A DNA stretch of 64,000 nt from Escherichia phage vB_EcoM_Ozark, in sequence record NC_054927.1; one strand, 5' to 3'. The translations under genes and the position numbers were made by a program. Position 1 is the first letter of the stretch, and each line of letters opens with the position of its first letter. The notes below the pieces were generated by a model. The model worked only from the letters and a program-made list of their open reading frames with translations, was not told the DNA's origin and searched no databases. This document shows positions 1 to 9,572 of this stretch, piece after piece.

Positions 1-35
1 ATCCTTCTGAACCAAAATTAGTCTATGCTGCTAAT

Positions 36-536
36 ATGATGACAGTTTCTACGAAATACGCTAAACGCAACAATAAAACTTTCGGTTGGATTCGTCGTAA
101 ACTCTGGGAAATAGAAAAGAACAAAGAATTCTCCCAGGAGACACGAAAGAAAATGTCTGATGCAGTAGCTAATAAAGCAAGACTAACTTGTCCTCATTGC
201 GGTAAGTCTGGATTAAGCGGAAATATGAATCGTTGGCATTTTGATAACTGCCCAAATCACCCTAATCCTAAAGTTAGACCACCAATGTCTAAAGAACACA
301 GAAATAATATCTCAAACGGGCTTAAAGCAATCGTTCTTGAAGAAACATCCTGCGAATTCTGCGGAATGATAGGCAAGAAATGCGTTATCGCAGCGCATAG
401 AAATTTCTGCAAGAAAAATCCAAATGGACGCAAGAAAACTGAAAAGACTGGTACTTGCGTCCATTGCGGTAAAGTTACCACTTTCGGAAATTTATCAAGG
501 TGGCATAATGATAACTGTAAATATAAACCTAGCTAA
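36..536 (+). CDS. Cys/His-rich zinc-ribbon repeat protein; reading frame is open back to the window edge, so it may be the C-terminal part of a longer protein
   Basis: 166-aa plus-strand ORF with three Cys-rich modules (CPHCGK..NRWHFDNC, CEFCGM..HRNFC, CVHCGK..SRWHNDNC); no in-frame stop between position 3 and the ATG at 36; no catalytic motif recognised. Confidence 0.4.
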   Translation: MMTVSTKYAKRNNKTFGWIRRKLWEIEKNKEFSQETRKKMSDAVANKARLTCPHCGKSGLSGNMNRWHFDNCPNHPNPKVRPPMSKEHRNNISNGLKAIVLEETSCEFCGMIGKKCVIAAHRNFCKKNPNGRKKTEKTGTCVHCGKVTTFGNLSRWHNDNCKYKPS

Positions 537-2217
537 TCTTAGCTAAACTAAATCTACCAACTTTTTCCATTTGAATATGCTGACCATATTCTTGTGGGTC
601 ATGGTCTTTATGTGAAATTATGAAGAAGTTGGTATCCTTCAAACCATCTAAAATTTTAGCTACATTTTTAATACCTTCAGCATCAAATGCACCGTCATAC
701 ACTTCATCAAGAAATAAACAACTTATTTTAACACCTGAAACTTTTTCAGCAATATCACGCCAAGTAAATAAAAGAGCAATATCAATTCGTGCTTTTTCAC
801 CTTGACTAAATGAAGCATAACTAAAATCTTCACGACCACGAGATTTAATTGTCTCATTAAATTCTTCATCTAATGTAAACACATAATCCGCTTCCATTAT
901 TTTAAGATAATGGTTAATTTGCTTATTAAATAATGGAATGTACTTTTTAATAATAGCACCTTTAATACCAGAATCTTTGAGCATATCAGTCAAAATTCCT
1001 CGGTGGTATTTTTCCATTACTAAATTAGTTTTTGTCTTAACAATTTTATCAAGTTCTTCTTGAAGCAGTGCTATTTCATCAGCATGGTCAATAAACTCAG
1101 AAGATGCTTTTTCTATAGCTGCTTTAACTTTTTTGGCTTTATCTACCGTCGTGATTAGAGATTGCTTTTTATTGCGAATATCATTTGCCAACGACTGCTG
1201 AGTTTTAATATTATCTCGGTATTCATCAACAAGAACTTTTAAATTATCACGGTGTGTTGAAAGCTGTTCAAACGAATGCGTACATTCAGAAACTTTATCT
1301 TTAATTTTAGAAACAACTTTATCACCGGAACTTAATTGTGACAGGCAGGTTGGACATAATCCACCTTCGTGATACATATTAATGACTTTATTGTACGAGT
1401 CAATTTTTGATTTAATTAAAACTGCTTCTTGACCGATTTTATTAAATGCATCAGTCGGGTCTTCATCTAAAACAATATTAACTAATCTTTCATTAGCTTC
1501 TTCTATTTCCGATTTTAGCGTTCTAGCTTCTTTTGCCAAATCATCATACATATTTTGTAGACGAGTAAGGTTGTCACCAGTTAATTTTTTCTGGCGTTCA
1601 ACGTTATCATTATATATTTTAATTTGTTGGATAATACTATCTTTTTTAACATCAAGCACTTGGTTTTGTGAATTTAATTCACGTATTAGTGCTTTATTAA
1701 GCTTATCCATTTCAGCTAATGTTCCTACCTCAAGCAGGTCTTCCACAAGCTTTCTTCGCGCAGGGGTCGACAAACCCATGAAAGGGGTATACCCTGCTGT
1801 ACCAAGGACAACAATCTGCTTGAAACTGGCATATGACATTCCGATAAGCTGTTCAAATTCTGCTTGGAAATCTTTACTGCTGGCAGATTCATTAAGACGT
1901 GTACCGTTAACGGTGATTTCGAAAACGTTCGGTTTTTGTCCTCTTTTGATATAGTACTTTTTCTCATCATATTCCATCCACAGTTCAACTAAAAGTTCTT
2001 TCTTATTTGTGCTGTTTATTAATTGACCTTTCTTTACATCACGAAATGGCTTTCCAAAAAGCCCAAATGTGATGGCTTCTAACATAGTAGACTTACCACC
2101 GCCATTTCGTCCAGTGATAAGAGTTTTTTGAACCTTATCTAATTGAATGTCAATAGGATTTCCACCTACTGACATTATATTTTGATACCTAACTCGGTTT
2201 AGTTTAAAATTCTTCAC
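529..2217 (-). CDS. 46: Recombination endonuclease subunit gp46 (Rad50/SbcC-like ATPase)
   Basis: 562-aa ORF; N-terminal Walker A GRNGGGKST; long coiled-coil middle; C-terminal LFLDEVYDGAFD Walker B/D-loop region; size matches T4 gp46; first codon appears to be GTG. Confidence 0.9.
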   Translation of the reverse strand: MKNFKLNRVRYQNIMSVGGNPIDIQLDKVQKTLITGRNGGGKSTMLEAITFGLFGKPFRDVKKGQLINSTNKKELLVELWMEYDEKKYYIKRGQKPNVFEITVNGTRLNESASSKDFQAEFEQLIGMSYASFKQIVVLGTAGYTPFMGLSTPARRKLVEDLLEVGTLAEMDKLNKALIRELNSQNQVLDVKKDSIIQQIKIYNDNVERQKKLTGDNLTRLQNMYDDLAKEARTLKSEIEEANERLVNIVLDEDPTDAFNKIGQEAVLIKSKIDSYNKVINMYHEGGLCPTCLSQLSSGDKVVSKIKDKVSECTHSFEQLSTHRDNLKVLVDEYRDNIKTQQSLANDIRNKKQSLITTVDKAKKVKAAIEKASSEFIDHADEIALLQEELDKIVKTKTNLVMEKYHRGILTDMLKDSGIKGAIIKKYIPLFNKQINHYLKIMEADYVFTLDEEFNETIKSRGREDFSYASFSQGEKARIDIALLFTWRDIAEKVSGVKISCLFLDEVYDGAFDAEGIKNVAKILDGLKDTNFFIISHKDHDPQEYGQHIQMEKVGRFSLAKIS

Positions 2218-2477
2218 AAAAGATTCCTTTTAATGTATCTTTTAGACCATTCTATCATATCATCATAATCTAAAAAGTATTCATCAAATTCAGCCATGCA
2301 AATAACACCTTGTGCTGCTTTTGATGTGATATAAATTATTCCAACATATCTAGAATCTTCTTCGGTATAATCAATGTTTGCTATGAATTCATCATTAATG
2401 TCAAATGTCGAAAACTTCACAGTATGCATCCTTAATACAAGATACAGCCATATCTCGCAATGATTTAGGTGTGTCAT
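2214..2477 (-). CDS. Hypothetical small protein (position of T4 46.1)
   Basis: 87-aa ORF overlapping gene 46 start by 4 nt, operon orientation. Confidence 0.4.
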   Translation of the reverse strand: MTHLNHCEIWLYLVLRMHTVKFSTFDINDEFIANIDYTEEDSRYVGIIYITSKAAQGVICMAEFDEYFLDYDDMIEWSKRYIKRNLL

Positions 2478-2664
2478 TATCTAAAATGTTGAAGTTAAAA
2501 GATACAGCCCAATCTGTACAGACCGTAACTTTTTTAATACAATTATCTTCAACTTCTAGTGGTTCAAACCAGTATTCAATAATTTCTTTATGACCAATAT
2601 CATCTTTTACTTCACATTCAAAATGCTGACTCATCATAACATTTTTAAATTCATCAAAAGTCAT
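2401..2664 (-). CDS. Hypothetical small protein (position of T4 46.2)
   Basis: 87-aa ORF; stop overlaps gp47 start; 77-nt overlap with the downstream ORF so one start is probably internal. Confidence 0.4.
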   Translation of the reverse strand: MTFDEFKNVMMSQHFECEVKDDIGHKEIIEYWFEPLEVEDNCIKKVTVCTDWAVSFNFNILDNDTPKSLRDMAVSCIKDAYCEVFDI

Positions 2665-3680
2665 TGTGTTGCCTCTACATATAACTGATTTGCATATTGA
2701 ATAAGTGCTTCACGATCAGAATCAGTGATGTCTGGAATTGCATTAATATACTCTTCCATCAATGTCTGAAGCGATTGAACTTCAACTTCTTCACTGTCAT
2801 CTGACTCGACAGAGTTATCAATCTTTGACACAACTCGTAATGAATGCACAACTTTCTCTAGTTCAGATTCGAACTTCGTCAGATTTTTGTCTACTTCAGT
2901 TACTATAACACGTACTGATAGATTTGTAAAATCTTTATAGTCAATTTTTCCTTTGAATGGATAATGAATTCTACGATGCCAGGTAGTATTGTTTGGAATA
3001 AATTCCATTCGTTCTGTTTCTGTGTCAAACATCCAGAACCCACGAGGGTCATTCTCGTCACCTGCAGTTAGTGTCCATGGTGTCCCAATATATCTGACGT
3101 TTGCAGCCTCAGAAATAGTATGGAAGTGACCAGACCACACTTCTTTATAAGTCTTAAGGAAATCAGGTTCAAGACCATGAGATTTCATTCCTTTATAAAA
3201 ATAAAATCCGTTCAGTTCCCAGTGACCAACACAAAAAGAAGCAGATGAAGTTTTAATATGTTCAAGAATTTCACCAGTATTTTCTTCGCACATCCAAGGA
3301 ATTAAATCAATCAAACATCCGTCAAAATCTACTGTAGTAGGCTTATCATATACTTTAACATTAGGATATTTAGCCAAAAGCTCAGTAGAAGCATTTGGAG
3401 TTAAAGTATTTTTAAAGTGCATATCATGGTTTCCTACAATAGTATGTAGTGTAATACCAGCATCATCAAGCATTTGAACTATTTCACGAGCGAACTCCAT
3501 AGTTTTATGCGTGATTGCTTTTCGCACATCAAAAATATCGCCGTATTGAATCCATGTAGTAATTCCATTTTTCTTAGAATATTCTATTGCTTGTTTAATT
3601 CCATCCAACTGAATGGATTGAACCCACTCATCATCAGCTTTAACGCCTAAATGCCAATCACCTAAATTTAAAATTTTCAT
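2661..3680 (-). CDS. 47: Recombination nuclease subunit gp47 (Mre11/SbcD-like phosphoesterase)
   Basis: 339-aa ORF; calcineurin-like phosphoesterase motifs (LNLGDWHLG, QYGDIFD, GNHD, GHWE, GHFH); ATG start; adjacent to gene 46. Confidence 0.9.
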   Translation of the reverse strand: MKILNLGDWHLGVKADDEWVQSIQLDGIKQAIEYSKKNGITTWIQYGDIFDVRKAITHKTMEFAREIVQMLDDAGITLHTIVGNHDMHFKNTLTPNASTELLAKYPNVKVYDKPTTVDFDGCLIDLIPWMCEENTGEILEHIKTSSASFCVGHWELNGFYFYKGMKSHGLEPDFLKTYKEVWSGHFHTISEAANVRYIGTPWTLTAGDENDPRGFWMFDTETERMEFIPNNTTWHRRIHYPFKGKIDYKDFTNLSVRVIVTEVDKNLTKFESELEKVVHSLRVVSKIDNSVESDDSEEVEVQSLQTLMEEYINAIPDITDSDREALIQYANQLYVEATQ

Positions 3681-3856
3681 ATATCAAGAACCGTCATTGA
3701 AATGCAAAATAAAATTATTGAAATAAATCCATCTGGAGTGCTAAAGAACCCAATCCAACATGCTTTAGTGAATAGATAAAATGCAAGAAAAAGTATCACA
3801 TATTCAAGAAATATCATTATATCAAACTCCGTATAAAGCTAAAGGGCCGAAGCCCT

Positions 3857-5059
3857 TTATTTTGTAATAATGTCAAACTGTTCTTTAAAGCAGAAGCTTG
3901 AATCTTGATGCTGATACAAAAATTCATAAGCTTTTTCGCGTTCGCGGTCATAAAGAGTTCGGTCAGATGACAGTTCTTTAATACGTTCAAATGTTGATTC
4001 CATGTCATTTTCATCAAACCAAATGATACCGCTATCATGCGAGGTCAAAGGAGTATTATCAACACGGAATTTTAAATTTTCGCCAGTAGATTTCCAAAAT
4101 ACCGGAATTGTTCCACATGCACCAAGCTCGAGATGAGTATATTCTAAAGAACGTTGTAGATATTTTTTATCCAACTTACTCAACTGATAACCAAAACCGG
4201 ATTTACTCATACGTTCAAGCATTTCGCTATTTACATAACGGTCAAGAATTTGCGTTGGCAAATTAGGAGCAATTTTAATTTGGTCTACTTGATGAAGACG
4301 ATAATACTCGTATGGAATTCCTTTTTCTTTAATAGGAATGAACGCTGGAGAACGTTCCAGACCTTCCATAATAGTACTTAGTCCTGCAGGTTTAAGATGT
4401 TTTTCATGAAAATCAAACATCTGATAAAAACCTTTCCATGTAGTCGTACGACCAATCCAACGGTTGATATTCATGTTAATTTCAGAAACATCTTTCCAGT
4501 AGGTTGACCGAACCTTCGCAATATCCATAGGAGGCTGAAAGTTATATACTGTCGGTGCTTCTTCAATATCATCAAACAGAGAAACTGTTTCAGGATACCA
4601 TTCTTTCATCAGAACTTTATTAAAATCACCATTATCAGAATGGCTAAAAATAACATCAGCTCGACGAACAGTTTCTTCTAATCCCAAATTTCGGCGCAAA
4701 GAAAGAGAAGAATGGTCATGTTGATAAACTACAACACGAACAGAAGGTTTAATGTTATCAATAATTTTTTTATAGTTATTAATAGTGTCTTCTTCAACTG
4801 AAGTAGCAGGAACTGAATTTATAATTAGAATATCACAATCATTTACCAGTTTAAGTGTTTTATCGTATTCTTTTGCCAATAAAACCGGAATTGAAAATGA
4901 TTTATAATCATGTGCACAGTTACGAGTAAATGATTTATCTTTAGCATAAACCAAAGTTACTTCATGACCATTTTTAATAAACCAATCACGTTGCTCAAGA
5001 GAAAATTTAGTTACACCGCAACCTTCAAGACCTCGAGCCATAAAAATACATACTTTCAT
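3857..5059 (-). CDS. a-gt: DNA alpha-glucosyltransferase (glucosylation of hydroxymethylcytosine DNA)
   Basis: 400-aa ORF starting MKVCIFMARGLEGCGVTKF; size and position (after gene 47) match T4 a-gt. Confidence 0.8.
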   Translation of the reverse strand: MKVCIFMARGLEGCGVTKFSLEQRDWFIKNGHEVTLVYAKDKSFTRNCAHDYKSFSIPVLLAKEYDKTLKLVNDCDILIINSVPATSVEEDTINNYKKIIDNIKPSVRVVVYQHDHSSLSLRRNLGLEETVRRADVIFSHSDNGDFNKVLMKEWYPETVSLFDDIEEAPTVYNFQPPMDIAKVRSTYWKDVSEINMNINRWIGRTTTWKGFYQMFDFHEKHLKPAGLSTIMEGLERSPAFIPIKEKGIPYEYYRLHQVDQIKIAPNLPTQILDRYVNSEMLERMSKSGFGYQLSKLDKKYLQRSLEYTHLELGACGTIPVFWKSTGENLKFRVDNTPLTSHDSGIIWFDENDMESTFERIKELSSDRTLYDREREKAYEFLYQHQDSSFCFKEQFDIITK

Positions 5060-5474
5060 TTAATATCCTCTTTGTTTTGGTTTATTTTACCAAAAATTTA
5101 TAAAGCAATATAGGAGCCGAAGCTCCTATCCACATAATACGCCATACAGAGGCTCATTAGAACTTTTAAATTTTATGCGCTTATATGTTATAGTTCCTTC
5201 TGCTTTAGCTTTATCATGAGACTCTTTAAAGCGTCTCATCATTTCCTCTTTAGAGGAACGAATTTTATTATAATCTATTTCAGAAGTCTGGGTGTTCATC
5301 TTTCACATTTGCCACCATTTTTTGACTTGATAAGAATCAACCCACACTTTCATATTAGGGTCTGCTCTTACAATAGGAGGATTAACTTCTTTAATTGAAC
5401 TATCATGGTATTCTTTTTCAGAAATTTTCACGCAAAGATGACCATTCAAAGATTCAGTAAATCCTGCATTAATT

Positions 5475-5792
5475 TTAAGACGCTTGAATTTTACGTGTGT
5501 AAGCATCAATCATATCCTCAATTTGCGATCTAGTAGTCTTCCAAAGAATACTGATGAGTTCATCGTTATATGGCTGTTTTAGAATATCCCGACTTTTCTT
5601 GATAGCATATTCGTATTGAGCAAAATTATTATTTTCAGCTGCGATCTGAGCGTGCTTATAAAGACGATTCAGTTCGCGTTTGTTTTTAGACAATAACTTA
5701 TTTGCTTTTCTTTCTGCTTCAAGACGGTTCTTTTCTTCAATAGAAGAAATAAGCTTTTCCACTTCATCATTAATTTCGGGTTTATCAGTCAT
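5475..5792 (-). CDS. Hypothetical coiled-coil protein
   Basis: 105-aa ORF, charged helical sequence, between a-gt and gene 55. Confidence 0.4.
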   Translation of the reverse strand: MTDKPEINDEVEKLISSIEEKNRLEAERKANKLLSKNKRELNRLYKHAQIAAENNNFAQYEYAIKKSRDILKQPYNDELISILWKTTRSQIEDMIDAYTRKIQAS

Positions 5793-5793
5793 A

Positions 5794-6012
5794 TTATTTC
5801 TCTAATATAAAATAAAAATCATCATCTGTTAAATGATACCGATAGTTTAATTCTACACCATTAGATTTAAAAGCGGTATCATACGGATTTTCTGGATCAA
5901 TATCAATGTCAAGAGCTAAAACTTCCCTGAGATACATTTTAAGTAAATAGGGAATAGCTTCAACTTCAGGTATTTCTTCCAAGAATCCGGAGAGGTTAAT
6001 CGTTAGCCTCAT
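5794..6012 (-). CDS. Hypothetical small acidic protein
   Basis: 72-aa ORF immediately downstream of gene 55. Confidence 0.35.
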
Positions 6013-6553
6013 ATAAAAAATCCAAACTAGGAGAATCGTCTACAACACTTTTCTTTTCAGCCCCCGGTGTTCTATAGGTTGATTCTTCGTAATGCGTCAT
6101 TTTATCGTAGATGTCTTGAATAAAAGTTTCATCTACTAACGCAACCATATCGTCGTCACGACTGTCATAGACATTGTGAACGAAGTAACTATATTTCTTT
6201 GCAACTTCCTTACGTTCTTTTTTAATACGTTGGACGAATGCATTAAAACAAGCTTGAGTTATATATGCATGTGGGTTTTTATATTTCGTTTCATCAAAAT
6301 TATGAAGCCCCTTAATAGAAGCTTCTATACCATCTGCAATCATTTCTTGTTTCCAAGACTGGGTGTATCCTGAAAAGTTGAAACGTTTAGATAAGCCTTC
6401 TGCAATAAGCATAATGGCTAATCCGATAGTATCATTCTGACGAACTACTTTATTTGGGTCTTTATTATTTGCTAATTCTGTTTTCCAATCAATAATAGCT
6501 TGTAAAAGCTCTTTATTGTTTACGTAATTATATTTAGGCTTAGTTTCTGACAT
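5996..6553 (-). CDS. 55: Late-transcription sigma factor gp55
   Basis: ORF track starts at a GTG (6559); the ATG two codons later gives 185 aa beginning [23 protein letters not shown], preceded by a GAGG Shine-Dalgarno; matches T4 gp55. Confidence 0.85.
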
Positions 6554-6631
6554 TTTCACCTCTTAGCTCAATTCATAGATCTATTATATCATAATATTTG
6601 AAGATCTATCTTAAAGCATAGAGGATATCAG

Positions 6632-6901
6632 TTATCTAAGTAAACAGTATGCTTGGAACACTTTCTCCATCATCTTTTTAAATTCATGAATATCTATATA
6701 ATGACTAGTTAGATCAGCATGATATAAAAAGTCTAAAAACTTTTCATGTGTACTAACATATTCACTTTCATTTAATTCAGAAACATGGCTTTCCCAATAT
6801 CCAACACCAGTCTTATTTGGGAAAAATGAAATTTTCATGTATTGGTCAACATAGAAAATGCCATAATTTTCAATAGTAATAGAAATATTAATAAATTTCA
6901 T
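6632..6901 (-). CDS. Hypothetical protein
   Basis: 89-aa ORF in operon orientation. Confidence 0.4.
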   Translation of the reverse strand: MKFINISITIENYGIFYVDQYMKISFFPNKTGVGYWESHVSELNESEYVSTHEKFLDFLYHADLTSHYIDIHEFKKMMEKVFQAYCLLR

Positions 6902-7113
6902 ACATTCATCAACTTAGCCGCTTCAAGAGCTGCATCTAGTGAATCAAATTGGTCAACGTATTCAATCAATTCGCCATAATTGGCATATAACCACCATTGG
7001 CTAAATTCATACTCAAGGATGAATCCGTTTCCTTCAATTTGAGTTAAACCAATGCCATTTGTATTTACTTCATATCCAGCAAGACGCAAATCGTTAATAA
7101 GAGCTTCGTTCAT
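6898..7113 (-). CDS. Hypothetical protein
   Basis: 71-aa ORF, 4-nt overlap with neighbour. Confidence 0.4.
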   Translation of the reverse strand: MNEALINDLRLAGYEVNTNGIGLTQIEGNGFILEYEFSQWWLYANYGELIEYVDQFDSLDAALEAAKLMNV

Positions 7114-7115
7114 AA

Positions 7116-7442
7116 TTATACCTTAGTAATTTTCAGGTCTGCAAATTTTTTCTTGCGTTGATTTTTCATGCGACGAATAGTTTTATCGGAAATTTCATGT
7201 TTTTGATAAGCTTTAGATTCTACACCAAAAGCTTTAACATCAAATTCTGACAAGATATATTGAACCAACAATTCACGGACAGTGTTGCGTCCAATCTTCT
7301 GATCATTCTGTTTCATCATCTGATGAAGCTCTTTTTCCCATTTATCCAAAATTTGAGGAGTTACAATATCGCCTTTTTCTAGCAAAGAAACTACTTTATC
7401 ATATGCGTAAGAATTAATGGCGTTTTTAATTTGAATAGTCAT
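7116..7442 (-). CDS. Hypothetical basic protein
   Basis: 108-aa ORF with Lys/Arg-rich C-terminus. Confidence 0.4.
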   Translation of the reverse strand: MTIQIKNAINSYAYDKVVSLLEKGDIVTPQILDKWEKELHQMMKQNDQKIGRNTVRELLVQYILSEFDVKAFGVESKAYQKHEISDKTIRRMKNQRKKKFADLKITKV

Positions 7443-7476
7443 ACATTATCCTCAATTACGTTAAAATTTTATTATC

Positions 7477-7496
7477 CAAAAAAGGGCCGAAGCCCT
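7477..7496 (-). terminator. Rho-independent terminator
   Basis: Minus-strand hairpin GGGCTTCGGCCC followed by TTTTTT. Confidence 0.6.
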
Positions 7497-7696
7497 TAGC
7501 TAAACTTTTTGGCACCCTTCCAGCCTTCGTACATCATTGCGGCTGATATTAATATTGCTCCTGAGCAACTTGAATATTTGTGATTCCAAAACCAGTTTAG
7601 AAAAACTTCGTCATCAATACCCTGGGCTATCATATTTTCAAAGAACTGACGACGAGCTTCGGCAATTCGCTGCGATAATTTAGATTCAGGATTCAT
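7496..7696 (-). CDS. Hypothetical protein
   Basis: 66-aa ORF; stop overlaps a strong terminator hairpin. Confidence 0.35.
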   Translation of the reverse strand: MNPESKLSQRIAEARRQFFENMIAQGIDDEVFLNWFWNHKYSSCSGAILISAAMMYEGWKGAKKFS

Positions 7697-7912
7697 TTAA
7701 ATTTCCCAATTGCCATTTTCATCAATAAATTTAATCCAGTCATTTACTGACCACTTGGTCGTATCGCCTTTTGGAGTAACATTTAAAGTGTATAGTCCTT
7801 GCTTAAAAAGCATTCGTTTGATATTCATATTTTCCTCAGCTGTAACGATAACACTCGTTTGATTTACGTTTAGCAACTCGTTGAGAAGTATTATAATCAA
7901 AATCATCGTCAA
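7697..7912 (-). CDS. Hypothetical protein
   Basis: 71-aa ORF abutting the previous one. Confidence 0.3.
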   Translation of the reverse strand: MTMILIIILLNELLNVNQTSVIVTAEENMNIKRMLFKQGLYTLNVTPKGDTTKWSVNDWIKFIDENGNWEI

Positions 7913-8174
7913 TGTAAACTGATTTTTTCAACTTTCTTACTTCACCGCGTAATTGACGATTTAACTCATCTTTAACTTCTGAATCAATACCTTTCATTCT
8001 ACGCCATTTATCTGAGCGAAAAATGTTTTCAACCATATCTTTATGACTTACACCATCAGGAGCTTTACGCTTTCCAAAATAGTCATAATCACGCACTTTT
8101 AAGTCTTTACGACGATACGTTTTACCCATGGAGTTTAATTTCCTTAGCAACTGAACTAAATACAGCACGGTCAC
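7836..8174 (-). CDS. Hypothetical basic protein
   Basis: 112-aa Lys/Arg-rich ORF; overlaps the 7697-7912 ORF, so the true start of one of them is uncertain. Confidence 0.35.
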   Translation of the reverse strand: MTVLYLVQLLRKLNSMGKTYRRKDLKVRDYDYFGKRKAPDGVSHKDMVENIFRSDKWRRMKGIDSEVKDELNRQLRGEVRKLKKSVYIDDDFDYNTSQRVAKRKSNECYRYS

Positions 8175-8304
8175 AAATCATGCGTTTATGTAACTTGAGT
8201 ATAATATAGCAAACTTCAAAACTATTTACATGAGTAACACGAACAGCATTACCATTAATGAGATAATACTGTCCCTTTTTAATTTCTTTATCAACCACAA
8301 CCAT
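8122..8304 (-). CDS. Hypothetical small protein
   Basis: 60-aa ORF downstream of an early-promoter-like element at 8332-8366. Confidence 0.3.
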   Translation of the reverse strand: MVVVDKEIKKGQYYLINGNAVRVTHVNSFEVCYIILKLHKRMICDRAVFSSVAKEIKLHG

Positions 8305-8331
8305 ATCAAATCCTCAAAGGTAATTCATATG

Positions 8332-8366
8332 TTAATAATACCACGGTTTGAACTTGTTGTAAACAA
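8332..8366 (-). promoter_or_regulatory. Early promoter
   Basis: Minus strand GTTTAC-N15-TGG-TATTAT. Confidence 0.4.
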
Positions 8367-8434
8367 CTTTGTGAAAAATATTTTAGGGAATGATAAGAAG
8401 GGAACGATAGCTTAGAATGGTAATATACAGAATG

Positions 8435-8460
8435 TAAGAAAGAAAGGCCCAGAGGGCCCG
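8435..8460 (-). terminator. Rho-independent terminator after nrdH
   Basis: Hairpin GGCCCTCTGGGCC followed by TTTCTTTCTT on the minus strand. Confidence 0.55.
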
Positions 8461-8462
8461 TC

Positions 8463-8771
8463 TTAATCTTCTATGATATCTCTATCATATCCAAGTGAAA
8501 TGAGAGTTTCTTTGAAGTGTTTAATGTTCTTTTGTCTAGAATCATTAATGAAAATGACTGGATAACGAATGTTAAGAGATGTGAATCCAGCGCGTTTAGC
8601 AAGAGATACAATCAGCGGACGATCATACTCAATCTTACCATTATTTGTAAGAACTTTATAGAAAGTAAAAGGAGCATTGAGCTCCTTTAGAAGTTTTGTA
8701 ACTGATTGACATCCAGGACAACGACCTACTTCATCTGGAATTCCATAGACTTCAATCTTATTTTGTTTCAC
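8463..8771 (-). CDS. nrdH: Glutaredoxin-like protein NrdH
   Basis: 102-aa ORF with CPGC redox motif near the N-terminus; lies upstream of nrdG/nrdD; first codon appears to be GTG. Confidence 0.6.
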   Translation of the reverse strand: MKQNKIEVYGIPDEVGRCPGCQSVTKLLKELNAPFTFYKVLTNNGKIEYDRPLIVSLAKRAGFTSLNIRYPVIFINDSRQKNIKHFKETLISLGYDRDIIED

Positions 8772-8773
8772 AA

Positions 8774-8986
8774 CTATTCCTTACTAAGAGCAGCATTCAG
8801 CTTGTTAGTAATTTTATCCAGACGCTCATTAAACTCACTAGAAGATAAGCCCTTTTCTGGAGAAATTAAACTAATCACGAAAAATATAGCAATAAAAGGA
8901 ATAAGGAAAATAGCTCCAACTGCCATAAACAGAAAGAATGTTACAGTTGTAAGAAAATCAGCTAAACCTTTACGAAATTTATACAT
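8774..8986 (-). CDS. Small membrane protein
   Basis: 70-aa ORF with one long hydrophobic segment (TVTFFLFMAVGAIFLIPFIAIFFVISLI). Confidence 0.4.
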   Translation of the reverse strand: MYKFRKGLADFLTTVTFFLFMAVGAIFLIPFIAIFFVISLISPEKGLSSSEFNERLDKITNKLNAALSKE

Positions 8987-9101
8987 ATTTTACCCTTAAT
9001 TGATTAACCAAGCATTGATAAGCACTAAACTATATTGCGAATAAAATTCTGGACCAAAATGAAAAATCATATCATTTATAGTGTCCATAATATAATTCAA
9101 T

Positions 9102-9572
9102 TTAATCATGTTTCCACACCCCATCGGTATTTGACCAAAGTCGCTGATTATCTGATCCTCGCCACAGCTTTTTAGTCGGAAGATTTTTCTCATACTTCCC
9201 ATCAATAATAACATCAACATATTTAAGCATTTCTAGTTGTTTAATATCTTCAAACTTATATCCTGTCCACAACCAAATGCTTTTATTGGGATAAAGATTT
9301 TTTACTGTTTGAACTACAGAGTGAATCACGTCTCTGTTATCAGGATAAAGAGGGTCACCTCCGGTTATAGTTAATCCTTCTATATAATCATTATTCAAAC
9401 ATTCAATCAATTGTTCTAGTGTTTCACCAGTAAATGGAATACCATTTCTAGCATTCCATGTTGATTTATTATAACACCCTTCGCATTTATGCAAACAACC
9501 TGTAACGAAAAGAACGGTCCTGCAGCCAGGACCATTAACAAAGCAGCACGGGTATATTCTGTCATAATTCAT
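9102..9572 (-). CDS. nrdG: Anaerobic ribonucleotide reductase activating protein NrdG (radical SAM)
   Basis: 156-aa ORF; Cys-rich N-terminus (CCFVNGPGCRTVLFVTGCLHKCEGC) typical of glycyl-radical activases; directly follows nrdD. Confidence 0.85.
   Translation of the reverse strand: MNYDRIYPCCFVNGPGCRTVLFVTGCLHKCEGCYNKSTWNARNGIPFTGETLEQLIECLNNDYIEGLTITGGDPLYPDNRDVIHSVVQTVKNLYPNKSIWLWTGYKFEDIKQLEMLKYVDVIIDGKYEKNLPTKKLWRGSDNQRLWSNTDGVWKHD

Noticed and set aside
1571-1988. ORFs of 127 aa (plus) and 87 aa (minus, other frame) inside gene 46
   Set aside because: Fully embedded in or antisense to a well-supported conserved gene; low-complexity translations with no ribosome-binding site.
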